From positions 1 to 64,000 of IMG/VR virus record IMGVR_UViG_3300044608_000145: a stretch of 64,000 nucleotides of DNA. One strand, written 5' to 3'. The translations under genes were made by a program, and so were the position numbers. Shown one piece after another: positions 44,885-54,007 of the stretch. The notes under the pieces are model-generated. The model had not been told where the DNA came from, ran no database searches, and saw only the letters and a program-made list of their open reading frames with translations. The stretch's first letter is position 1; each line of letters begins with the position of its first letter. Source of the DNA: a virus. Lineage: Duplodnaviria > Caudoviricetes.

Positions 44885-47800
44885 TTACGTGCTTCTAGAA
44901 GTTTCAAAGCTGGTTGTTGTATCATATGTGGTTGTAGTAGACTTATTCGTATCGAACGTAGTCGTTTTACTTGTAGCAAAAGTCGTAGTCTTCGACGTAT
45001 CAGTATTAAACACAGTGTTGGTTAAGAACACAGTGGATGTTGCAAACGTCGTTGTATATGTTGTATCAAATACGGTAGAAGTTGATTTGCTGGTTTCTTT
45101 GTTGGTATCAATCGTGGTATCACGGCTGGTACTGGTTGCAACAATAGTCGTTGTTTGGAATATAGTAGAAGTTCCAAACGTCGTAGTATATGTAGTCGTC
45201 GTATCAAACACACTAGTTGTTGATTTGCTTGTAGCAGTCAAGAAGTTAGTCGATCTACTTGTACCAATAGTTGTCGCGCGAGTAGTGTTCGTTCCAAATG
45301 CAGTTTCAGTACCAAACGTCGTAGTTGTATTTAAGCCAGTGTCAAAGATAGTATCGTAGGCTGTGGCAGTTGACTTACTGGTTGACGTAGCCTTCGAGGT
45401 ATCAGTAGATTTACTGGTTGACACGGTTGTATCAGTTGCTTTATTAGTATCAAACGTTGTATTAAACGCAGTAGTCGTACCAAAAGCAGTTGATTTAGAA
45501 GTTACAGTTGCTATATTTGTAGACTTAGTTGTATCTGTTGCTTTACTGGTTGATGCAGTCGTGTCAGTTGCTTTGTTCGTAGCAAAGAAGGTCGCATACG
45601 TCGTGGTTGTTCCAAACGTTGTAGTTTTAGAAGTATCAAACGTTGTATCAAATACGGTAGTTGTACCGAACGTTGTAGTTTTAGAAGTATCAAACGTTGT
45701 ATCAAACGTGGTAGTGGTAGCAAAAGAAGTAGTTTTGCTGGTATCAGTTGACTTGCTAGTAGAAACAGTAGTGTCCGTCGACTTGCTTGTGTTAAATGCA
45801 GTCGTGTAGGCAGTCGTTGTTCCAAACGTTGTAGTTCTAGAAGTGTCCGTTGTTTTACTTGTAGACCCAGTTGTATCAGTAGACCTGCTGGTGCTTACGG
45901 TTGTGTCGGTTGCTTTGCTTGTGTTAAAGACTGTGGTGTAAGCTGTAGTGGTATCAAACGTCGTGGTTCTGGAAGTATCAAACGTCGTATTAAACGTTGT
46001 AGTTGTACCGAACGTTGTAGTTTTACTTGTAGCAAACGTAGTATTAAACGTCGTTGTAGTAGCATACACAGTGGTCTTTGACGTATTAAACGTTGTGTTA
46101 AATGTAGTAGTTGTAGCAAATATCGTCGTGGTTCCACGAGAAGTATCAGTAACTCGGGAAGTAGAACCAGTTGTATCAAACGTCGTATTAAACGTTGTGG
46201 TTGTGCCATACGTTGTAGTACGAGAAGTATCGGTTGCTCTAGAGGTAGAAAGCGTTGTGTCTTTTTCAGCAGTGCTGAGTGTAATTACGACACCTCTAGT
46301 TAAGTTTTTATTTCCCGCATCATTTTGTCCTATACGAACGTTGATATATCCTTGGGCAGATAAAAATGGCATTTCTTGATATTTTACTGCTGTTCTACTG
46401 TTAGTAAATTCGCCTTGTGTTACATCTACACCACCTGCAAATCCTAAAAAGTTTCTTGTTCCTGGCAACGCAGACGCGCCATAAAAACCAAAAACAATAG
46501 ATTGTGAACTGTCAACAGTTACAGCGTTATTTGCTGGTGCCGTGTCTATTGGGTTTGCGGTTGTTCCGACAAAAGAGGTAGTAACACCTGTAATTCTAAC
46601 ACCTACGCCACCAGTAATCAATACTAATATTTTATCGTTTTGTGTCGCAGCGTTAATACCAGTAACTGTTGCGCCAATATCACCAGACGCCAGTACCTTA
46701 TAAGAACAGTTAAACGCAGCACGACCTGTACCAGCAGTGTTATTTGCAGTGTTTGCGATATTAGTCCAGTTTGTAGGTAAGACGTTTGTAACAGAAGTTG
46801 TTGTTGAGTTATAACCAAAGTCAAACAAGACAGCAACTTGTCCAACAGCTGCGGTGCCTGGAATTGCAATAGTTGAACCTGTAGATGTGGTACCACTATC
46901 AACCGAAAATATTGACGTTGCAGTAAATGCTGTAATATACGTCGTATTAAATGTTGTGGTTGTAGCATACGTAGTCGTTCTGCTTGTATCAGTTGCTCTG
47001 CTTGTTGAACCAGTTGTATTAAATGTGGTACTAAATGTCGTTGTAGTACCAAATATCGTCGTTGTTCCACGAGAAGTATCAGTGGCTCGAGAAGTAGAAC
47101 CAGTCGTATCGTAGGTTGTAGTCTTGCTTGTATCGGTTGCTTTACTGGTAGAACCAGTTGTATCAAATGTAGTTGTTCTGCTAGTGTCTGTTGTCTTTGA
47201 AGTAGAACCAGTCGTAGCATAAGATGTTAATCTTGAAGTTGCTGTCGCCTTAGAAGTACCTTGCGAAGTTTCAAATGTTGTTGTAGTTGCGTATGACGTA
47301 TTAAACGTGGTCGTCGTAGCAAATATTGTATTAAACGTAGTTGTTGTACCGAACGTCGTTGTACGAGAAGTATCAGTGGTTTTACTTGTACCTTGTGTGG
47401 TATCAAAATTAGTTGTGGTCGCATACGAAGTATTGAATATCGTAGTCGTAGCAAACACTGTCGATCGGCTTGTGTCAGTAGCTTTGCTCGTGGAACCAGT
47501 TGTATTAAACATCGTTGTTCTGCTAGTGTCAGTGACTTTACTAGTAGAACCAGTTGTATTGAACGTTGTTGTTTTGCTTGTGTCGGTGGTCTTGGTCGTA
47601 TCTTGAGAAGTATCAAACACAGTAGTCGTAGCAAACGTAGTGTTAAACGTCGTTGTTGTAGCAAATGCTGTATCAAATACAGTAGTCGTAGCAAATGTAG
47701 TCGTTATAGTAGTATCGGTAGTTCTAGACGTTCCTTGCGACGTATTAAACACAGTCGTTGTTGCGTACGAAGTATTAAACGTCGTTGTCGTAGCAAATGT

Positions 47801-48493
47801 AGTCGTAGTATCGAATACAGTAGAAGTTGCTCTTGAAGTCGCAAAATTAGTAGTGACTAGAGTGTTCGTACTTCTGGTTGTCTGTGTTGTAATAACTGTA
47901 TCGGTTGTGAACGTCGTAATGTAAGTTGTTTCAAAACTAGTAACAAACGTGGTCGTAGTATCAAATACAGTAGTCGTTGACTTAGAAGTAGCAGTAACAT
48001 TAGAAGTCGATGCAGTGGTATCGGTAGTTCTACTAGTATTAGTTAAGAACGCAGTATCTGTATTAAACGTTGTAACAAACGTCGTAGCGAAAACGGTATT
48101 AAACGCAGTAGTTGTTGACTTGCTTGTAGAAGCAGTAGTCAATCTATTTGTGTCGGTCAATCTTGATGTAGCAGTATCAAGATTAGTTAGTGTAGCATAA
48201 ACAGTTGTTTTGCTAGTATCAAACGTCGTGGTTTGACTTGTCTCAAATACCGTAGTTGTAGATTTAGTAGTACCAGTTGCACGCGACGTTTCAAAGACAG
48301 TAGCAACTCCAGCAGAAGCGCCATAGAAGTCAGAAAACTTAATAGTTCCAGATGTAGGAATCGCAGCATTAATCAGTGTGTTAGCCACAAACACACCACC
48401 ACGATAATACTCAGAAATTGAGTGTGGTGCTGTACCGCCAAACTCTAGGGCGATGCTTGATAAACTAATTGTGCCAGAAAACGGCAATGGCAT
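44885..48493 (-). CDS. Thr-rich fibre-tip/adhesin protein with two mirror-complementary 457-aa arms around a central domain
   Basis: N-terminal SGTISLSSI..EFGG...SISEYYRGG...FSDFYG docking module, (T-x)n arms and a ~224-aa central beta-rich domain. Confidence 0.8.
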   Translation of the reverse strand: MPLPFSGTISLSSIALEFGGTAPHSISEYYRGGVFVANTLINAAIPTSGTIKFSDFYGASAGVATVFETSRATGTTKSTTTVFETSQTTTFDTSKTTVYATLTNLDTATSRLTDTNRLTTASTSKSTTTAFNTVFATTFVTTFNTDTAFLTNTSRTTDTTASTSNVTATSKSTTTVFDTTTTFVTSFETTYITTFTTDTVITTQTTRSTNTLVTTNFATSRATSTVFDTTTTFATTTTFNTSYATTTVFNTSQGTSRTTDTTITTTFATTTVFDTAFATTTTFNTTFATTTVFDTSQDTTKTTDTSKTTTFNTTGSTSKVTDTSRTTMFNTTGSTSKATDTSRSTVFATTTIFNTSYATTTNFDTTQGTSKTTDTSRTTTFGTTTTFNTIFATTTTFNTSYATTTTFETSQGTSKATATSRLTSYATTGSTSKTTDTSRTTTFDTTGSTSKATDTSKTTTYDTTGSTSRATDTSRGTTTIFGTTTTFSTTFNTTGSTSRATDTSRTTTYATTTTFNTTYITAFTATSIFSVDSGTTSTGSTIAIPGTAAVGQVAVLFDFGYNSTTTSVTNVLPTNWTNIANTANNTAGTGRAAFNCSYKVLASGDIGATVTGINAATQNDKILVLITGGVGVRITGVTTSFVGTTANPIDTAPANNAVTVDSSQSIVFGFYGASALPGTRNFLGFAGGVDVTQGEFTNSRTAVKYQEMPFLSAQGYINVRIGQNDAGNKNLTRGVVITLSTAEKDTTLSTSRATDTSRTTTYGTTTTFNTTFDTTGSTSRVTDTSRGTTTIFATTTTFNTTFNTSKTTVYATTTTFNTTFATSKTTTFGTTTTFNTTFDTSRTTTFDTTTAYTTVFNTSKATDTTVSTSRSTDTTGSTSKTTDTSRTTTFGTTTAYTTAFNTSKSTDTTVSTSKSTDTSKTTSFATTTTFDTTFDTSKTTTFGTTTVFDTTFDTSKTTTFGTTTTYATFFATNKATDTTASTSKATDTTKSTNIATVTSKSTAFGTTTAFNTTFDTNKATDTTVSTSKSTDTSKATSTSKSTATAYDTIFDTGLNTTTTFGTETAFGTNTTRATTIGTSRSTNFLTATSKSTTSVFDTTTTYTTTFGTSTIFQTTTIVATSTSRDTTIDTNKETSKSTSTVFDTTYTTTFATSTVFLTNTVFNTDTSKTTTFATSKTTTFDTNKSTTTTYDTTTSFETSRST

Positions 48494-48495
48494 TA

Positions 48496-50160
48496 TTAAT
48501 CCTTACTGAGTTGTGCTTTCAACTCATCAATTTGAATCTGTTGTTCTTTAATTGCTTCAATTAAAAGTGGAATTAATCTCTCATATTTAACCGTCATATA
48601 TTTGTTATCAATTGGTGCAGGTGCTACGACTTCTGGCATAATAGCATTTACTTCTTGCGCAGAAACACCGACATGCATTTCTTTTTGATAGCCGAGATCT
48701 TGAGCTGTAATGTTTGGTTCGTAATAGAAACCATTTAATGATTTAACTTTTTCTATCGCGTTTGAAATGTTTGAGTATCTATCTTTTAGTCGGTCGTCTG
48801 AGAAGAATGCTGTAATGTCGCCTGTGGCTGTAATGGCAGTCTGTACAGCAAACGATGAAGTATTGCTATTGCTTACAGTAGACCATATTGCGCGCTCGGC
48901 TCCAGTTGTAGAAGCAACATAAAATACGAAGTTGTCATCAGATTGATGAACTAGCCTTGCTCCATTACCAGCAGTAGGATTATTAAAAACAATTCGTTTA
49001 TCATTAGCGATTGTCAATATATCATTAATTTTTGTATTAGATAGACTTACATTTGATGTATATGTTAATGCAGTTCCGTTGTAACCAAATGTTGATGGTG
49101 CTGTACCAAACTTAATAAACCCCAAGCTAGAGTTTTGTTGACCTTTTAGACCTACAGTATCAGCAAGGTTGACATCACCTAACCAAGCATCATCACCAAT
49201 TCTATAGTTTGTTCCGTTTCCGTTGTTTGCTGCAGTGTAATAATCTGCAGATACAATACCAGATACGTTAGCAAACCCAGTGACGGTTGTATTGCCAGCG
49301 GCAAGCGTACCTGTTACGTTAGCAAAACCAGTTATAGTCGTGTTACTAAGTGTAGAACTTGTCGCTAATACTACACTTCCAGTACCAGTGACACTTGAGA
49401 AACCAACAAACTCTGCATTCCAACCAGCTGCACCGTTACCAGCCGTAAGATCAATGGAAGTACATAATGCAACCGTGCCTGGAAGAACTGTAATTACAGT
49501 AGCAGCGTTGGCTGCTCTTACTTCAACGTTGCCGGTCGAATTGTTGACAATTAGGAATCCTTGACCTAATGTCATTGTTTGTGGAGCAGGTAACGACAAT
49601 ACTTGAGTCGTCGTACCCGTAAAGAACTGCATGTAGTTACTTGATGAAGTTAGTACAGTTGTACCAGCCGCAGTTGCAGTCGTACTGTAACCGTGCTTAA
49701 TATTGTTAAATATTGGATTAGTGGTATTTAATGTTCCTGAAATAGTAACATTTGATGTAATCGATGTATTAGTACTGGTAATATGAGTATTAGTACCAGA
49801 TAGAGTCGCGTTGCTAGTTATCGTAACCACACCACCTAAGTTAGTCGTACCTGTTACTGATAGAGCGTGAGCAGGAGTTGTGTTGCCTATACCAACGCGA
49901 TTATTAGTACCGTCAACAAATAGAACACCGCTGTCAAAGTTTGCATTACCACTAGTTTGTGTAAATGCGGTTCCGACAACCATACTTGCAAGGTTCGCGC
50001 CAATTTCAAATGTCGCTGAACCATTGGAAGACAACAGTTTCCTGTCGGTAAGGTTGATTGCTAATTCACCTGCGGCGATGTACGAGGTGTTAGATACGTT
50101 GCTTACGTTGGGTAGTAAGCCAGTGGTAGTTGTTCGTTTAATTTGAAATCTATTTGGCAT
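48496..50160 (-). CDS. Tail fibre with C-terminal intramolecular chaperone (peptidase S74-like)
   Basis: SDDRLKD...GVSAQEV..IMPEVV...YERLIPLLIEAIKE; N-terminal QIKR..GELA module. Confidence 0.85.
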   Translation of the reverse strand: MPNRFQIKRTTTTGLLPNVSNVSNTSYIAAGELAINLTDRKLLSSNGSATFEIGANLASMVVGTAFTQTSGNANFDSGVLFVDGTNNRVGIGNTTPAHALSVTGTTNLGGVVTITSNATLSGTNTHITSTNTSITSNVTISGTLNTTNPIFNNIKHGYSTTATAAGTTVLTSSSNYMQFFTGTTTQVLSLPAPQTMTLGQGFLIVNNSTGNVEVRAANAATVITVLPGTVALCTSIDLTAGNGAAGWNAEFVGFSSVTGTGSVVLATSSTLSNTTITGFANVTGTLAAGNTTVTGFANVSGIVSADYYTAANNGNGTNYRIGDDAWLGDVNLADTVGLKGQQNSSLGFIKFGTAPSTFGYNGTALTYTSNVSLSNTKINDILTIANDKRIVFNNPTAGNGARLVHQSDDNFVFYVASTTGAERAIWSTVSNSNTSSFAVQTAITATGDITAFFSDDRLKDRYSNISNAIEKVKSLNGFYYEPNITAQDLGYQKEMHVGVSAQEVNAIMPEVVAPAPIDNKYMTVKYERLIPLLIEAIKEQQIQIDELKAQLSKD

Positions 50161-50224
50161 TTGCCTATCTCCTTATGTCAGTATTTACTGACGGATTTTG
50201 TACTGAGTATCTACTCAGATCTAT

Positions 50225-51442
50225 TTATATTGATGCTTGTGTTACAGTTAAAATAACGCTAGGAATAGCAGGACAAAATGCGGTAGCAGAAAACGCTGTA
50301 ATTGATATTGTATTTGAACCTTGTGACGCAGCCCACATTAGTTGAAAGTCATTGTTTGCCTGCATAGAAACAATAAAGTTCCAAGCCGCAACAACATATG
50401 TTGTCGAATCAGTAATACTAATTCTGGTAGCAGAGTTAGGAATATCAACATTATCTTTTCTTGGCCAAATCCATATGTCACGAGTTTGGTTGGTCGTCGA
50501 ACTAAACTGAAGCGAAAATTGATAGTTGTATAAACCAGATATTGCTGCAACTATTGCGTTGTTGCTTCCAGAATATCTGCTTGCTACAGAATGGCCAGCA
50601 GCAAAATCTGTGGTATTAAACTTAATAGGATAAGCAGTATTTGCTGTCACAGCAGATTGCGTAGTTGTGTCAGAAAACGATCCATATCTTAGTTTGGTAA
50701 TAGTTGGTGTGTTGATTAAAATAATACCATCAGTTGTTCCAACTTTGGTAACAGTTCCAATGAATATAGGTTGGTTTGGCGGAGATGGTTTTATACTTGT
50801 TAATCCACCAGCAACAGTAGGAGAAATAAACAACTCAGTGCCAATAACCCATGTTTCAGAATAAGGGCTTCCTGTTGTGTTTAATCCTCTAATCTTACCA
50901 AATTTTGTAGCACGACCAAGTGCACCGTTAGCAACTGATTCAGTGCATACTCCGATAACATGTAATGAATCTGCTGAAGAGTTCGCTGTGAATAATGCTA
51001 CTGTTGGATTGCCGTCACCATTAGCGCCGATAACTTCAAGAACAGTTCCATCTACAATCGTAGCACCTGTGGTATTTCTAAAGAGAGTCATGTGCTCTAA
51101 ACCAACTTGCAACGTTGTATCATTTTGATGTATGTCAAGGCACTGTTCGACGGGATTCCATGTCATCAATCCTTCTTGTGGTGTAGGAATTAAAGGTTCT
51201 ACAACAGGATTATCTATCTCAAATCTAATTCCTCTGACAGTATTAATCTCGTTACCAATTGATATACTGCCGCCAATTGTAACATTGCCAGAAATATTCG
51301 CTCCAACTTCAAACACATTACTTGAGTTCGAGATATACATTTTACCATCATGTGTGTTGATGCCGATGTCGCCGTCAGTACTTAATGTGAAAGTATTGGG
51401 GACACGACCAGCAACAGATGTTTTCTTGATATTAGTAGCCAT
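50225..51442 (-). CDS. Tail fibre / receptor-binding-like protein
   Basis: N-terminal IKKTSVAGRVP...GDIGINTHDGKMY module; C1q/TNF-like C-terminus (GLYNYQFSLQF). Confidence 0.6.
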   Translation of the reverse strand: MATNIKKTSVAGRVPNTFTLSTDGDIGINTHDGKMYISNSSNVFEVGANISGNVTIGGSISIGNEINTVRGIRFEIDNPVVEPLIPTPQEGLMTWNPVEQCLDIHQNDTTLQVGLEHMTLFRNTTGATIVDGTVLEVIGANGDGNPTVALFTANSSADSLHVIGVCTESVANGALGRATKFGKIRGLNTTGSPYSETWVIGTELFISPTVAGGLTSIKPSPPNQPIFIGTVTKVGTTDGIILINTPTITKLRYGSFSDTTTQSAVTANTAYPIKFNTTDFAAGHSVASRYSGSNNAIVAAISGLYNYQFSLQFSSTTNQTRDIWIWPRKDNVDIPNSATRISITDSTTYVVAAWNFIVSMQANNDFQLMWAASQGSNTISITAFSATAFCPAIPSVILTVTQASI

Positions 51443-51447
51443 ACATT

Positions 51448-51455
51448 TATTTATA
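51448..51455 (-). promoter_or_regulatory. T4 late promoter TATAAATA, 5 nt before the ATG
   Basis: Exact consensus; no SD. Confidence 0.7.
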
Positions 51456-51459
51456 CTCT

Positions 51460-51486
51460 AAAAAGAAGCCCACCGAAGTGGGCTTT
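51460..51486 (-). terminator. Rho-independent terminator
   Basis: AAGCCCAC-TTCG-GTGGGCTT-CTTTT. Confidence 0.8.
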
Positions 51487-51489
51487 AAG

Positions 51490-51666
51490 TTATTCTGCGA
51501 TTTTCTTATTCTTAGCTTCCAGCTTTTGTAGCTTCGCAGTTGCTTCCTCTAATTGTTTTGACATTAGATCGAGCTGGCTCTTAGTGATTAGATGTTTTGA
51601 AATCTCATCAAAAAGAGCCTGTTTGATATTCTCAATATACACATTTACAAATACTGCTTCACTCAT
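51490..51666 (-). CDS. 58-aa coiled-coil protein (not in the ORF track)
   Basis: MSEAVFVNVYIENIKQALFDE...KLEAKNKKIAE with a GAGG SD. Confidence 0.65.
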   Translation of the reverse strand: MSEAVFVNVYIENIKQALFDEISKHLITKSQLDLMSKQLEEATAKLQKLEAKNKKIAE

Positions 51667-51684
51667 AATAACCTCGTTTTAATT

Positions 51685-53403
51685 TTAGAATGTACCGCCA
51701 TCCAAGTCAGCATAGACTACAGAAGTACCGTTAGATTGCAGAACCTTGCCGTCTGTGCCAACTGTTAGTTTTGCCAAAGTATTACCAGCGCCACCAATTA
51801 ACAAATCACCAACTGCATAAGTTGACTGACCTGTACCACCAGAAGTTGCTGGTAGAGCAGTTGACAAGCTCAATGTATTAGCTGTTAGTGCAACCGAAAC
51901 AGTTGAGTTAGCAGTAATATTTACAGCACTTGAGTTAGCAACCAACGCACCAGTATTTAAGAACGATTGTAGCGTTGCGAACCCGAAGTTTACATTAGCA
52001 GTATCAACAGTTGTACTTGGTTCTGGAATTTGACCAGCGAATAATTTGAAGACGCCATCGCTTGCGTCACGGAATAGACCAGAGTACGAAGTAGCTGATG
52101 CATTACCGAATGTACCATAGAAACCGATGTCAAGCGTATTGGCGGTAGTTTGACCACGAGCCAACGAGATGATAGAGTCAGTTACAGATAGGTTTGTAGT
52201 ATCAACAGTTGTTAGCGTACCATTGATATCAAGATTACCAGATAGAGTTAGACTTGTAATAGATAGATCGGTATTAACATGAATACCTGTCGTGTTTACA
52301 GTTAGAGTTGAACCAGTTGTTACACCGACCGCATCAGCTGAAACAGAAATACCATTAGCAGCAACAACGTGAACACCAGTTGCGTTAGCAACAAGACCAT
52401 CACCAGCTGTTACATTAATACCCGAAGCGTCAACCGAAATACCGTTAGCAGCATCAGCGAATACACCGCTAGAGTTAGCGATAATACCGTTGTTTGCTAC
52501 GACAGCGATTGTTGCAGCGCCACCTTCTCCTGAAGAGGAACCAGAAATACCAACGCCAGCTGAAATAGTAGCAACGTAGTCACCAGATGTACCTGAACCG
52601 AGAGCAACGTCGCCTGAAAGTTGCGATGTAGCAATAGAAAGGTTGGCGGTATTAACAAACACACCAGTTGCGTTTACAGTTAGAGTACCGTCACCGCGAA
52701 GAACGTTAATACCTGAACCATCAACCGAAATACCGTTAGCAGCATCAGCGAATACACCGCTTGTGTTAGCGATAATACCGTTGTTAGCATTAACAGCAAC
52801 AGCGTCAGCAGCGACTGAAATACCAGCGCCAGCACCAACATTAAGTGTTACACTACCAGAAGAACCACCATCAGTTAAACCGTTACCAGCAACAACTTCA
52901 GTAATATCACCAGATGTACCAGTAATTAAAATTGCGGTAGAGTTAGAAGAAACAGTAACACCGTTGGCACCGATAAAGAATACATCATCGTTTGCGCCAG
53001 AAGATGGGTCTAATTGTAGAATACCTTTGTTAGCTTCGGTGTTAGCAACAGCAAGCAGGTCATAAGATACACCTTCATTTGGTGTCAACCAGTAAACTGC
53101 TGAACCATTTGAATGAAGAACAGCACCATCAGCACCAAGCGAACCATTAGCAAAGATAGCTGTTGGTTGTAGGTTAGCAACGATAACTTTATCAATACCG
53201 CTTGTGGCGTTAGCAACAAGAGCTTGGTTAGCAGTTAGTGTACCAGGAACGCGGCGACCACCGATAGCGATGCTACCAGTAGAACCGTCTGGGTGACCTA
53301 AGAATAGTATTTCACCATTCGAGGTATACGCAAGTTCACCATTGGCCAACCCAGCTGGAGCAGCGTTGGTGGTACTGCGTTTAATTTGAATTTTATTGGC
53401 CAT
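51685..53403 (-). CDS. Tail fibre protein
   Basis: MANKIQIKRS..GELA module, G/A/N-rich shaft repeats, C-terminal LDGGTF. Confidence 0.75.
   Translation of the reverse strand: MANKIQIKRSTTNAAPAGLANGELAYTSNGEILFLGHPDGSTGSIAIGGRRVPGTLTANQALVANATSGIDKVIVANLQPTAIFANGSLGADGAVLHSNGSAVYWLTPNEGVSYDLLAVANTEANKGILQLDPSSGANDDVFFIGANGVTVSSNSTAILITGTSGDITEVVAGNGLTDGGSSGSVTLNVGAGAGISVAADAVAVNANNGIIANTSGVFADAANGISVDGSGINVLRGDGTLTVNATGVFVNTANLSIATSQLSGDVALGSGTSGDYVATISAGVGISGSSSGEGGAATIAVVANNGIIANSSGVFADAANGISVDASGINVTAGDGLVANATGVHVVAANGISVSADAVGVTTGSTLTVNTTGIHVNTDLSITSLTLSGNLDINGTLTTVDTTNLSVTDSIISLARGQTTANTLDIGFYGTFGNASATSYSGLFRDASDGVFKLFAGQIPEPSTTVDTANVNFGFATLQSFLNTGALVANSSAVNITANSTVSVALTANTLSLSTALPATSGGTGQSTYAVGDLLIGGAGNTLAKLTVGTDGKVLQSNGTSVVYADLDGGTF
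52415..52785. repeat. ~80-bp internal direct repeat in the fibre gene
   Basis: 52415-52494 vs 52706-52785, encoding ANNGIIAN(T/S)SGVFADAANGISVDxSGINV twice. Confidence 0.8.
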
Positions 53404-53404
53404 T

Positions 53405-53665
53405 TTAGAATGAACCTCCGTCTAGGTTTAATTGTTCGACCACATATGTGTCGTTTGCAGAATAATAAACTAATGTGGAATTGTTCGCAGGGGTTGATTC
53501 TACCACATCAACCAATGAATCTAATCTTGTAACTGCAGAAGTAACACCCGCAGCAGAAGTAACAGTAACAGCGTCAGCCTGTGTAGAAGGCTTAATTGAA
53601 CCGCTTGTTTCAACAACCTTTAGACTAAGAGCGTTTCGATTGTTAGCTTTCACTACCGTAACCAT
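53405..53665 (-). CDS. Small virion protein ending LDGGSF
   Basis: RLDSLVDV and a C-terminal LDGGSF like its neighbour. Confidence 0.55.
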   Translation of the reverse strand: MVTVVKANNRNALSLKVVETSGSIKPSTQADAVTVTSAAGVTSAVTRLDSLVDVVESTPANNSTLVYYSANDTYVVEQLNLDGGSF

Positions 53666-53671
53666 ATTTAG

Positions 53672-53998
53672 TTATCTCGTAACTTCAGGGTTGATAGTAA
53701 CAATGCCTTCAACGATTCGAGAAACGACATTGCCAGAAGAAACCAATTCTAAATCCCATACGTATCTACCACCAGTAATGTTTGCGCTTGTAGCAGCATT
53801 CATAGAAATGGTAATTACACCATTTGCAGCACCAGTGACAGTGAACGAATTATAGGTTGTAGAGGTGTAGTGCTTGCGCATCTGCGAACGACCTGTGTAA
53901 GTCGTTAGATTAATTGGAGTACCAGCATCATCTGCAACTTCAATCGTTGTCGCGAAGTCGGTGCCTTGGTCAATGAATAGATTTAGTTTGGTTGCCAT
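53672..53998 (-). CDS. Virion structural protein (BppU-N-like Ig fold)
   Basis: NLFIDQGTDF, QMRKHY, GRYVWDLEL, RIVEGIVTINPEVTR. Confidence 0.7.
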   Translation of the reverse strand: MATKLNLFIDQGTDFATTIEVADDAGTPINLTTYTGRSQMRKHYTSTTYNSFTVTGAANGVITISMNAATSANITGGRYVWDLELVSSGNVVSRIVEGIVTINPEVTR

Positions 53999-54007
53999 AA
54001 GATAGCC

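Noticed and set aside
44799-48421. Val-rich plus-strand ORFs over the Thr-rich gene
   Set aside because: Antisense shadows of ACN codons; no SD or promoter, and the genome is single-stranded in coding orientation here
44885-48493. CRISPR array or DNA inverted repeat as the explanation of the repeats
   Set aside because: No constant repeat-spacer structure; the mirror symmetry is at the amino-acid-class level, and the DNA repeats seen are direct and degenerate at third positions
44885-48493. Ice-binding (TxT antifreeze) beta-solenoid
   Set aside because: The TxT periodicity fits, but there are no regular turn residues or fixed coil length, and long-range mirror pairing argues for one hairpin; ice binding is not formally excluded
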